In this document: positions 39,587 through 48,758 of the stretch, one piece after another
How the letters are laid out: every line of letters begins with the position of its first letter
Position numbering within the stretch: position 1 is the stretch's first letter
NCBI GenBank assembly: GCA_965116905.1
Contig: OZ220732.1
Location: 3,616,001-3,680,000, forward strand
Direction of reading: 5' to 3'
Length of the DNA: 64,000 nucleotides
Source of the DNA: Longimicrobiales bacterium
Lineage (GTDB): Bacteria; Gemmatimonadota; Gemmatimonadetes; Longimicrobiales; Gaopeijiaceae
Translations under genes and position numbers: made by a program
The notes under the pieces: model-generated
Told to the model about the DNA's origin: nothing
The model's input: only the letters and a program-made list of their open reading frames with translations
The model's database searches: none

Positions 39587-42358
39587 ATGAGGCATAACGG
39601 CGCGGCGCTGACCCTGACCCTCGACGGGGAAAAGGTCGGCTTCACCCGGGGCGAGACGCTGTACGAGGTGGCCGAACGCCACGGCAGGGACATCCCGACG
39701 CTCTGCTACGATGCCCGGCTCGAGCCCTTCGGCGGCTGCCGCCTGTGCGTCGTCGAGCTGGAGGGGGCCCGCAACCCGGTGGCGTCCTGTACGACGCGGG
39801 CCGAGCCCGGCATGGTCGTGCGCACACGGACCGCGAGCATCGAAGTGCAGCGCCGCATCCTCATGGAGATGGTGGCCTCGGAGAACCGCGAAACCGACGT
39901 GGACCCGATGCACGGCTACGCATCGCAGGAAATGGCCGAGCTTCTCGACCGTTACGATGCCCGGACGGGCCGCTTCGCGGGCGCCACCTCGGGCACAAGC
40001 CGTCCGGACGACGACAACCCCTTCATCAAGCGGGACTACGAGAACTGCATCTCGTGCTACCGTTGCGTGCGGGTGTGCGAGGAGCAGGAGGGCGACTACG
40101 CGATCTCGGTGATGAATCGCGGCTTTCAGACCCAGATCACCACCGAATTCGGCGGCCTGCTGAAGGACTCGGCGTGCACCTTCTGCGGGCAGTGCATCCA
40201 GACGTGCCCCACGGGCGCGCTCGGAGACCTGAAGGCGCTCGCCAACCGGGACGTGCCCGGCGAGACCGAGACGACGCGCACGGTATGCCCGTACTGCGGG
40301 GTCGGTTGCTCTGTCGACGTGATGACGCGCGGCGAGAAGATCGTCGGCGTGCTGCCGGCAATGGACGGACCGGCCAATGAAGGCGCGTTGTGCGTCAAGG
40401 GCCAGTTCGCATTCGACTTCGTGCACCACCCCGACCGCCTTTCCACTCCCTTCGTGCGCGACGACGAGACCGGGGAACTCCGCCCGGCGTCGTGGGACGA
40501 AGCGCTGGACCGGGCCGCGGGGAAGCTGCGCAGGGTCGTGAAGGACCACGGTCGCCACGCCGTCTACGGAATCGCCTCCGGACGCGCGCCCCACGAGGCC
40601 GCCTACATGATGCAGCGCTTCATCAGGGCGGGATTGGGGACGAACCACATCGACAACTGCAGCCGTGCCTGACACGCCCCCACAGTCGCCGGTCTGGCGG
40701 CAACAATCGGAAGAGGGGCGATGTCGAACCCTCTCGCCGACATGGACAAGCCCGATGTGATCTTCTGCATCGGCACCAACATGACCGAGTGCCATCCCGT
40801 TGCCGCCACGCGGCTCAAGAGGGCGCTCGCGCGCGGCGCGAAGATGATCGTAGCGGACCCGCGCCGGATCGGGCTGGCCGAGATCGCCGATGTGCATCTT
40901 CCCATTCGCGTTGGCTCGGACGTGTCCCTGTTGCTGGCGATGGCGCACGTCATCGCCCGCGAGGGACTGGTGAACGAGGAGTTTGTCGGCGCGCGCACGG
41001 CCCACGGCGAGGACTTCCTGAAGCACGTGGAGGAGTACACCCCCGAGTGGGCGTCGGAGATCTGCGAGTGCGACCCGGATGACATCGAGCAGGCCGCGCT
41101 GCTGTACGGCGGGGCCGACCGGGGCGCCATCTACTACACCGTCGGGGTCACCGAGCACATCTGCGGCGTCGACAACGTGCAGAGCCTCTGCAACCTGGCC
41201 CTGATGACCGGCAACCTGGGCCGCGAGGGCACGGGGGTGAACCCCATGCGCGGGCAGAACAACATCCAGGGCGCCGGCGACGCGGGCGCGCTCCCGAACA
41301 ACTATCCCGGCTTCCAGACCGTCACCGATCCAGCTCACCAGGAGAAGTTCCACCAGGCGTACGGGCGCAAGGTCGACCTCGAGACGGGCATGACCAAGGT
41401 CACCGCGCTGGACCTGTGCGGCGACGGCATCCACGCGATGATCATCGACGGCGAGAACACCCTCGTCACCGACCCGGACCGCCACCACTGCGAGCACGCG
41501 CTCAAGAGCCTGGACTGCCTGGTCGTGATCGACATCTTCATGACCGAGACGGCCAAGGTGGCCGATGTGGTGTTCCCGGCCACGGCGTGGGCCGAAACCG
41601 ACGGCGTCTGCACCAACACGGAGCGTCGCGTGCAGCGGTTGCGCGCGGCGGTGCCGCCGCCAGGCGAAGCGAAGCCCGACTGGTGGATCCTGTCGCGCCT
41701 TGCCCGGCGGATGGGCTGGAAGGGCTTCGATTTCGGGTCCGCCAAGGAAGTCTTCAACGAGCTCTGCGCCCTCTCACCCCTCTACAACGGCCTCGACTGG
41801 GACCGGATCGACCGGGGCGAGTATCAGTGGCCGGTGCCCACGCACGATCACCCCGGCACGCCGCGCCTGCACGAGGAGCGCTTCGAAAACGGGCGCGGGA
41901 TCTTCAAGATGCTCGAGTACCGCGACCCCGAAGAGACCCTTTCGGACGACTATCCCATGTGGCTCACGACCGGCCGGCGGCTGCCCCAGTACCACACGCG
42001 GACGCAGACCGGACGCTCGGACGGGATCGACTACCTGCTGTCCGAGGAGACGCTGGAGGTGCACCCCGACGACATCGTGCGCCTCGGGCTGGAGGACGGG
42101 GGCTACGCGGAGTTGAGCAATCCCCGGGGCTGCGTCCATGTGAAGATCCGCGCGACCACCAAGTCGCCGAAGGGGACCGTGTTCGCGTCGTTCGCCTTCG
42201 AGGACGTGCCCGTCAACGTGCTGACCGGCGGCGGCTACGATCCGGTGACGCAGACGGCCGCGCTCAAGGCGTGTCCCGTGGCGCTGAAGCCGGTGGGCCC
42301 GCCGCCCGCGCTCCGCCAGGCGGCCGCCGGGCCGGAAACCGCCGCACCGGCCTGGTAG
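39587..42358 (+). CDS. fdhF: Selenocysteine-containing formate dehydrogenase alpha subunit (923 aa, Sec at codon 362)
   Basis: Track ORFs 39515..40672 and 40721..42358 are in the same frame, joined by TGA 40670-40672 in NCSRA-U-HAPTVAGL. Fe-S motifs, CPYCGVGC and RGQNNIQG are present. Confidence 0.93.
40673..40720 (+). promoter_or_regulatory. Bacterial SECIS element (fdh)
   Basis: Apical stem GTCGCC/GGCGGC with a GGTCT loop 18 nt after UGA; lower stem CGCCCC/GGGGCG. Confidence 0.85.
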
Positions 42359-43169
42359 CCTTCTTCCTTCGCGCCTCCCGCTGCCTGGCGCGGCGCTTCT
42401 CGACCCGGTCGTACATCTCGCGCATCACCTCGACGATGTCGGGTGCCTTGGCGAGAAAGCGCTCTTCCACGACCCGCTGTATCCCTTCGGGAATGCCGTG
42501 CAGCCCCTCTGCGATCGGGCCCGCGATGGCGGCGAGCGTGTCGGAATCGCCGCCCAGGGAGATCGCGTTGCGGATCGCGTCCTCGAAGCAGGTCGACTCG
42601 AGCGCGCAGGTGATCGCCTCGGGGACCGTGTTCTGGCACGTCTCGTCGAAGCGGTAGAACGTCCGTATGTCGTCCACTGACCGCACGAGGTTGTAGCGGT
42701 AGCGGGCCGTGATCGTCCTCCGGATGACGTGCGCTTCCTCGCCTTCGAGCGCCAGCCAGGTCGCGTGGACGGTCGCCCGCGCCCCCTTGATTCCCTCCGG
42801 GTGGTTGTGCGTGATATTCGTGAGCCGGTCGCAGGCGGCGAGTGCGGCGTCGAGATCGTCGTAGTGCAGAAACGCGGCCGGCGAAATGCGCATCGCGGCA
42901 CCGTTTCCGCAGCTGCCGTAGGGCTCGGGGTGGTCGGACCACATCCAGTCGACGAACCAGCCTCCGTAGGACGCCGGATAGCGGCGGCACCACTTCTGAA
43001 GGGTCTCCGGCGCCCTGCGGTCGTGCAGAAGGATGTCGGCGATCGCGGCCGTGCAGACCGAGTCGTCCGTAAAGTGGCCCTCCGAATGGAACAGGTCGAA
43101 GGTCTTCGTCTTTATCCGGTCCCACTCGTAGACGGACCCGACGACGTCCCCGATGATCGCTCCCCACAT
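42264..43169 (-). CDS. ADP-ribosylglycohydrolase family protein
   Basis: [26 protein letters not shown] and GGDSDT; GGGGG SD-like run before ATG 43169. Confidence 0.9.
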   Translation of the reverse strand: MWGAIIGDVVGSVYEWDRIKTKTFDLFHSEGHFTDDSVCTAAIADILLHDRRAPETLQKWCRRYPASYGGWFVDWMWSDHPEPYGSCGNGAAMRISPAAFLHYDDLDAALAACDRLTNITHNHPEGIKGARATVHATWLALEGEEAHVIRRTITARYRYNLVRSVDDIRTFYRFDETCQNTVPEAITCALESTCFEDAIRNAISLGGDSDTLAAIAGPIAEGLHGIPEGIQRVVEERFLAKAPDIVEVMREMYDRVEKRRARQREARRKKATRPVRRFPARRPPGGARAAGPPASAPRDTP

Positions 43170-43283
43170 TGTGCATCCCCCTTGCTCGCACTTCACATCC
43201 GCGCCAGACTTGGATCGCCGTTTTTCCCGTCCCGGCGTCACCCAGGCCCAACTGCACGCCCCACACTCTCTCCGATAACTACC

Positions 43284-44959
43284 ATGCTTTCCGACATCGA
43301 AATCGCGCAAGCTCACCGAATGAAACCGATCGCCGAGATCGCCGCCGCCGCGGGGCTCGGTTCGGACGAAATCGTACAGTACGGCCACCACAAGGCCAAG
43401 GTCCCGCTGGACGTGGTTCAGGCGCGTCCCGACCGCGGGGCCAGGCTCGTGCTGGTGACCGGGTGCAGCCCGACCGCCGCGGGCGAGGGCAAGTCCACGG
43501 TCTCGGTGGGCCTCGCCGACGCGCTCAACCTGAGGGAACGCAACCCCGTTCTCTGCATCCGCGAGGCGTCGCTGGGACCCGTGTTCGGGATCAAGGGCGG
43601 AGCAGCCGGGGGGGGCTACTCGCAGGTGGTCCCGATGGAGGACATCAACCTCCACTTCACCGGCGACTTCCACGCGATCACGTCGGCGCATGCGCTGCTT
43701 TCGGCGATGCTCGACAACCACCTCTTCCGGCCGAACAGCACCGGGCTGGACCACCGCCGCATCACCTGGGGGCGCGCCGTCGACATGAACGATCGCGCGT
43801 TGCGGAACGTGATTGTGGGGCTGGGCGGGCCCTTCGGCGGGATACCGCGCGAGGACGGCTTCATGATCACGGCGGCATCCGAGGTCATGGCGATCTTCTG
43901 CCTGGCGCGCGACCTGGCCGACCTGGAGCAGCGGCTGGGCAACATCATCATCGGGTACACGCGGGGCCGCGAGCCCGTGCGCTGCCGCGACATCGGCGCC
44001 CAGAAGGCGATGACGATCCTCATGCGCGACGCGTTGCACCCGAATCTGGTGCAGACGCTCGGGGGCACGCCGGCGTTCATTCACGGGGGACCGTTCGCCA
44101 ACATCGCACACGGGTGCAACTCGCTCATCGCCACCCGCGCGGGGCTCAAGCTCGGCGACATCGTGGTGACCGAGGCGGGCTTCGGGGCCGACCTGGGAGC
44201 CGAGAAGTTCTTCGACATCAAGTGTCGCCTTGGCGGACTCCGTCCCGACGCCGTCGCGATCGTCGCGACCATCCGCGCGCTCAAGATGAACGGGGGAGCA
44301 TCCAGGGACAGCCTGGCGACCGAGGACGTGGACGCGCTCCGGCGCGGCATGGAGAACCTCTACGGCCACGTCGAGAACGTGGCGAAGTTCGGGGTCCCGG
44401 CGGTGGTCGCGCTGAACCGGTTCGCGAGCGACACGGCCGAGGAGGTCGCGACCGTCCTGGACGGCTGCGCGGCACGCGGGATCGATGCCGTCGAGGCCGA
44501 TCCCCACGGCGGTGGCGGAGACGGGTGCGTCGACCTGGCCGACGCCGTCTGGGAGCTGGCCAACAGCGGGGACGCCGATTTCCGGCCCCTGTACCCGGAC
44601 GAGATGCCGCTGAAGGAGAAGATCGAGACCGTGGCGACCGAGATCTACGGATCTACGGCGCGGCGGGGGTGGACTTCCAACCCGGGGTGACCGCGGAACT
44701 GGAGCGCCTCGAGTCCTTCGGGCTGGCCGGCGCCCCCGTTTGCATTGCCAAGACGCAGTACTCGTTCTCGGACAACCCGGCGCTGCTGGGGCGGCCGCGC
44801 GGCTTCCGGATCGCCGTCCGGGAGGTCACGCCGTCGGCCGGCGCGGGGTTCGTGGTCGTGAAGACGGGCTCGATCATGACGATGCCGGGCCTCGCGGCAA
44901 GACCGGCAGCGCTGAACATGACGATCGACGACGACGGGGTGATTTCCGGGCTGATGTAG
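43284..44959 (+). pseudogene. fhs: Formate--tetrahydrofolate ligase, frameshifted by an 8-bp duplication at 44643-44658
   Basis: [20 protein letters not shown] and [11 protein letters not shown] lie in one frame; CIAKTQYSFSD and IMTMPGL lie in another. Removing one ATCTACGG restores a 555-aa ORF. Confidence 0.9.
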
Positions 44960-44967
44960 GGGGGCTG

Positions 44968-45771
44968 ATGAGCAGGGGTGTTCGGGTCGCGAGTTGGCTG
45001 GCGGCGGTGATCATGATCGCCTACGGCTTCGCGAAGCTGACCGGATCCCAGTTCACCGTGCTGGACTCCGAGCTCACGAAGCCGATGGGCCAGGTGAGCG
45101 GGTTCTGGCTGACCTGGTACTACTTCGGATTCTCCTCCACCTACGGAACGATCATTGCCCTGGTCGAGATCGGCGGCGGGCTGCTGCTGGTCTGGCCGCG
45201 GACCTCCCTGCTCGGCGCACTTGTCCTGTTGCCGGTGGTGGGCAACATCATCCTCACGGACATCCTGTTCGGCGTGGGCGCCCTGCCGGCCTCGGTGACG
45301 GTGCTGGTCTGTCTGCTGATCGTGCTGCGACCGCACGCACGGCGGCTGGCAGAGGCCGTGTTGCTCGAGATCAAGTCGTCCAGAAGAGCCGTAACGCTTC
45401 GAGCGGCCGCTGTTGTGGCCGTACTCGCCGGAGCATGGGGATTCGGCTATTGGGCCGCCAACTACAACAATCGCGAGCCTACCCCGATTGATGGCGTTTG
45501 GACGGTCGAGGACTCGCGCGTCGCGATCGAAGACGACGGGGCACGCCTGCAACGCGTGTTCTTCGAATACAATCGCGCCTACATGGCCGTCTTCCGGTTT
45601 GCCGACGGGGATGCCGTCCACCATTTCGAGGTCGATTCGGGTCGGGTGCGTGTGTGGGAGACGTGGAAGGAAAAGGGCACGTTGATCTACGAAGGTGAGA
45701 TCGTCGACACGGGACGGATCGAGTTGCGGCCAAGTGGAGGCGGCTCTCCGGTCGTGCTGGTCAGGGAGTAG
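44968..45771 (+). CDS. DoxX-like membrane protein with a C-terminal soluble domain
   Basis: YGFAKL, LTWYYFGFS and EIGGGLLL; about 5 TM segments. Confidence 0.65.
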   Translation: MSRGVRVASWLAAVIMIAYGFAKLTGSQFTVLDSELTKPMGQVSGFWLTWYYFGFSSTYGTIIALVEIGGGLLLVWPRTSLLGALVLLPVVGNIILTDILFGVGALPASVTVLVCLLIVLRPHARRLAEAVLLEIKSSRRAVTLRAAAVVAVLAGAWGFGYWAANYNNREPTPIDGVWTVEDSRVAIEDDGARLQRVFFEYNRAYMAVFRFADGDAVHHFEVDSGRVRVWETWKEKGTLIYEGEIVDTGRIELRPSGGGSPVVLVRE

Positions 45772-45904
45772 GGGTTGGGACGCAACGCCGACGACCGGAT
45801 GAGTCCCTAGCGCCCCATTCAGCAGGACTGGCGAACGGCACCTCGCTTGCCCAAGTTGTGGCCGCATCAAGCCTGCCGGCCTCCTTTCCCCCCAACCCTT
45901 CCCC

Positions 45905-46162
45905 ATGCCCGACTCCAACGCCTACTGGTCCCGCAACCTCCGCTATCTGGGGATTCTGCTGTCCATCTGGTTCGTGGTGTCCTACGGCTGTGCGATCGTC
46001 TTCGCCGACGCGCTCAACACCATCCGGATTCCGGGGACCGGCTTCAAGCTCGGGTTCTGGTTCGCCCAGCAGGGATCGATCTACGTCTTCGTGGTGCTGA
46101 TCTTCGTGTACGCGCGCCTGATGAACCGGCTGGACAGGGAGTTCGGGGTGGCCGAGGAATGA
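45905..46162 (+). CDS. DUF4212-like small subunit of a solute symporter
   Basis: YWSRNL and GFKLGFWFAQQGSI; precedes an SSS gene. Confidence 0.88.
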   Translation: MPDSNAYWSRNLRYLGILLSIWFVVSYGCAIVFADALNTIRIPGTGFKLGFWFAQQGSIYVFVVLIFVYARLMNRLDREFGVAEE

Positions 46163-46245
46163 GGGGCCGCCCGAACAGGCCACCCGTCCGGGTCTTGCCA
46201 GTTCCGAGCATACGGCGCGCCCTGACCCCGCGGCACGGCTAGCCC

Positions 46246-47937
46246 ATGGACGTCCGACTCTGGACCTTCATCATGGTGGGGATCTCGTTCGCCCTCTATA
46301 TCGGGGTGGCGATCTGGTCCAGGGCCGGCTCCACCAAGGACTTCTACGTGGCCGGCACCGGCGTGTCGCCCCTCGCCAACGGGATGGCCACGGCGGCGGA
46401 CTGGATGTCGGCGGCGTCCTTCATCTCGATGGCCGGACTGATCTCGTTCATGGGGTACGACGGCTCAGTCTACCTGATGGGATGGACGGGTGGCTACGTC
46501 CTGCTGGCCATGCTGCTGGCGCCCTATCTGCGGAAGTTCGGCGCATACACGGTGCCGGAGTTCGTGGGGCAGCGTTACTACTCGCAGGTGGCACGGGTGG
46601 TGGCGGTGGCGTGCGCGATCTTCGTCTCGTTCACGTATGTCAGCGGCCAGATGCGCGGCGTGGGCATCGTCTTCAGCCGCTTCCTGGAAGTGGACGTGAC
46701 CGTCGGCGTGGTCATCGGGATGGGGATCGTCTTCTTCTACGCCGTTCTGGGCGGGATGAAGGGCATCACCTACACCCAGGTCGCGCAGTACTGCGTGCTG
46801 ATCTTCGCCTACATGGTGCCGGCGTTTTTCCTGGCGATCATGCTGTCGGGGACGTTCATCCCCCAGTTCGGATTCGGGGGCGCGGATCCTGTCAGCGGCG
46901 TCTTCCTCCTCGACAAGCTGGACGGACTCCACCAGGAGTTGGGCTTCACGCCGTATACGGACGGCACCAAGTCGATGATCGACGTGTTCTTCATCACGGC
47001 CGCGCTCATGGTGGGCACGGCCGGGCTGCCGCACGTGATCATCCGCTTCTACACCGTGCCCAAGGTGCGGGACGCGCGGATTTCCGTGGGCTGGGCGCTG
47101 CTCTTCATCGCGATCCTCTACACGACCGCGCCCGCGGTGGCGGTGTTCGCGCGCGCCAACCTGCTGGACACCGTGGCCGGACAGCCGTACGCGGAGATGC
47201 CCGAGTGGTTCAGCAAGTGGGAGGACACCGGGCTGATCACCTACGAGGACAAGAACGGCGACGGCAACATCCAGTACGTTGGCGACGCGGCCACAAACGA
47301 ACTCACGATCGACCGCGACATCATGGTCCTCGCGAACCCCGAGATATCGCGCCTCCCCAACTGGGTGGTGGGACTGGTGGCCGCGGGCGGACTGGCGGCG
47401 GCGCTGTCGACGGCGGCGGGCCTGTTGCTGGTGATCTCGTCGGCGATCAGTCACGACCTGCTGAAACGGGCGTGGAAACCGGACATATCGGAGAAGGGTG
47501 AACTGCGGGCGGCCCGGATCAGTGCGGCCTTCGCCGTGGTCGTGGCGGGCCTGCTCGGGATCTACCCCCCGGGCTTCGTGGCGCAGATCGTGGCGTTCGC
47601 GTTCGGCCTGGCCGCATCCTCGTTCTTCCCCGTGATCATCCTGGGGACGTTCACTCGCACGATGAACCGCGAGGGGGCGATCGCGGGCATGCTTTCGGGC
47701 ATCACCTTCACCGCCGCGTACATCATCTACTTCCGCTTTGTGAACCCGGCGGCGGACTCGCCCGAGAACTGGTGGTTCGGCATTTCGCCCGAAGGGATCG
47801 GCACCGTCGGAATGCTGCTCAACTTCGCGGTCGCGTTTGCGGTGTCGAAGTTCACGCCGTCGCCGCCGGCAAGCGTCCGTGAGCTCGTCGACCGCATCCG
47901 CGTGCCCGGGACGATCAGGACGGGAGGCGGGTCGTGA
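46246..47937 (+). CDS. Sodium:solute symporter, ActP/cation-acetate type
   Basis: NGMATAADWMSAASF, GGMKGITYTQVAQY, GTAGLPHVIIRFYT and AAALSTAAG. Confidence 0.9.
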   Translation: MDVRLWTFIMVGISFALYIGVAIWSRAGSTKDFYVAGTGVSPLANGMATAADWMSAASFISMAGLISFMGYDGSVYLMGWTGGYVLLAMLLAPYLRKFGAYTVPEFVGQRYYSQVARVVAVACAIFVSFTYVSGQMRGVGIVFSRFLEVDVTVGVVIGMGIVFFYAVLGGMKGITYTQVAQYCVLIFAYMVPAFFLAIMLSGTFIPQFGFGGADPVSGVFLLDKLDGLHQELGFTPYTDGTKSMIDVFFITAALMVGTAGLPHVIIRFYTVPKVRDARISVGWALLFIAILYTTAPAVAVFARANLLDTVAGQPYAEMPEWFSKWEDTGLITYEDKNGDGNIQYVGDAATNELTIDRDIMVLANPEISRLPNWVVGLVAAGGLAAALSTAAGLLLVISSAISHDLLKRAWKPDISEKGELRAARISAAFAVVVAGLLGIYPPGFVAQIVAFAFGLAASSFFPVIILGTFTRTMNREGAIAGMLSGITFTAAYIIYFRFVNPAADSPENWWFGISPEGIGTVGMLLNFAVAFAVSKFTPSPPASVRELVDRIRVPGTIRTGGGS

Positions 47938-48734
47938 CCGTCAGCGCGCGGTCGCGCACCCGGCCTGCCCTGCCCACCCTGCCCGCCGCCCTCCTGCCTG
48001 CGGCCCTCGTCATTGCCGTTGCGCCAACCCCCGCGCACCCCCAGACCGAGATGCACTTCCAGTACGGGAGCCACACCAACCCGTTCGCGGAAACCAGCAC
48101 CGGCACGGTCGTCGTCACCTTCCAGCACGCTTCCTTCTGGAAGTTCGGCGACAACTTCCTGTTCATCGACGTAATCGACGATGGGGTCAACGATGGCTTC
48201 AACGACAACGACTTCTATGGCGAGTGGTACTCGAACATGAGCCTGACCAGAATCCGCGGCGGAGGGTTGGAGAGCGGCCCCGTCGCGGACCTGGGTCTGA
48301 TCTTTGGCTTCGCCGCCGGAGCGGATGCCAACGTCCTTCAGGCGCTGACGGGCGCGCGCATTTCGTGGCGCATTCCGGGTTTCGTCTTTCTCAACACCGA
48401 CTTCATGGGGACCGTCGACTACAGCGGAGGCCTGGACAGCGGGGGAGCCCCGAAGGCCGGCAACCGCTTTGTCTTCGACATCAACGGGCTGCTTCCCTTC
48501 AACCTTGGCAGCCAGTCGTTCTCGATCACGGGTCATGCGGAATACGCCGGCCCCACGACCAACGAACTGGGCAACGACGTGCCGTTCTCGATCCTGGCGC
48601 AGCCGCAGTTGCGCTGGGACCTCGGCGACGAGAACGGTTACTTCGTGGGCATCGAGCATCAGTACTGGCGCAACAAGCTCGGGACCGACGTGGACGAGAA
48701 CATCGTGCAGCTGCTGGTGGTCTGGCAGTTCTAG
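47934..48734 (+). CDS. Tsx/DUF5020-like outer-membrane channel
   Basis: Signal peptide, TFQHAS.WKFGDNFLFID, QPQLRWD, YWRNKLG and terminal WQF. Confidence 0.75.
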   Translation: MTVSARSRTRPALPTLPAALLPAALVIAVAPTPAHPQTEMHFQYGSHTNPFAETSTGTVVVTFQHASFWKFGDNFLFIDVIDDGVNDGFNDNDFYGEWYSNMSLTRIRGGGLESGPVADLGLIFGFAAGADANVLQALTGARISWRIPGFVFLNTDFMGTVDYSGGLDSGGAPKAGNRFVFDINGLLPFNLGSQSFSITGHAEYAGPTTNELGNDVPFSILAQPQLRWDLGDENGYFVGIEHQYWRNKLGTDVDENIVQLLVVWQF

Positions 48735-48758
48735 TTGTCCCGCAGTTGTGGTGCGCCG

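Noticed and set aside
39587..44959. Wood-Ljungdahl autotrophy
   Set aside because: No CODH/ACS, methyltransferase, folD or metF in the window; FDH plus Fhs alone is insufficient, and fhs is frameshifted as given.
45820..45885. GACTGGCGAAC resembling the 5' part of a ZMP/ZTP riboswitch near fhs
   Set aside because: The GTGG/CCAC stem, GGGAGC and 3' CGCCTGGG elements are missing, and it lies downstream of fhs.
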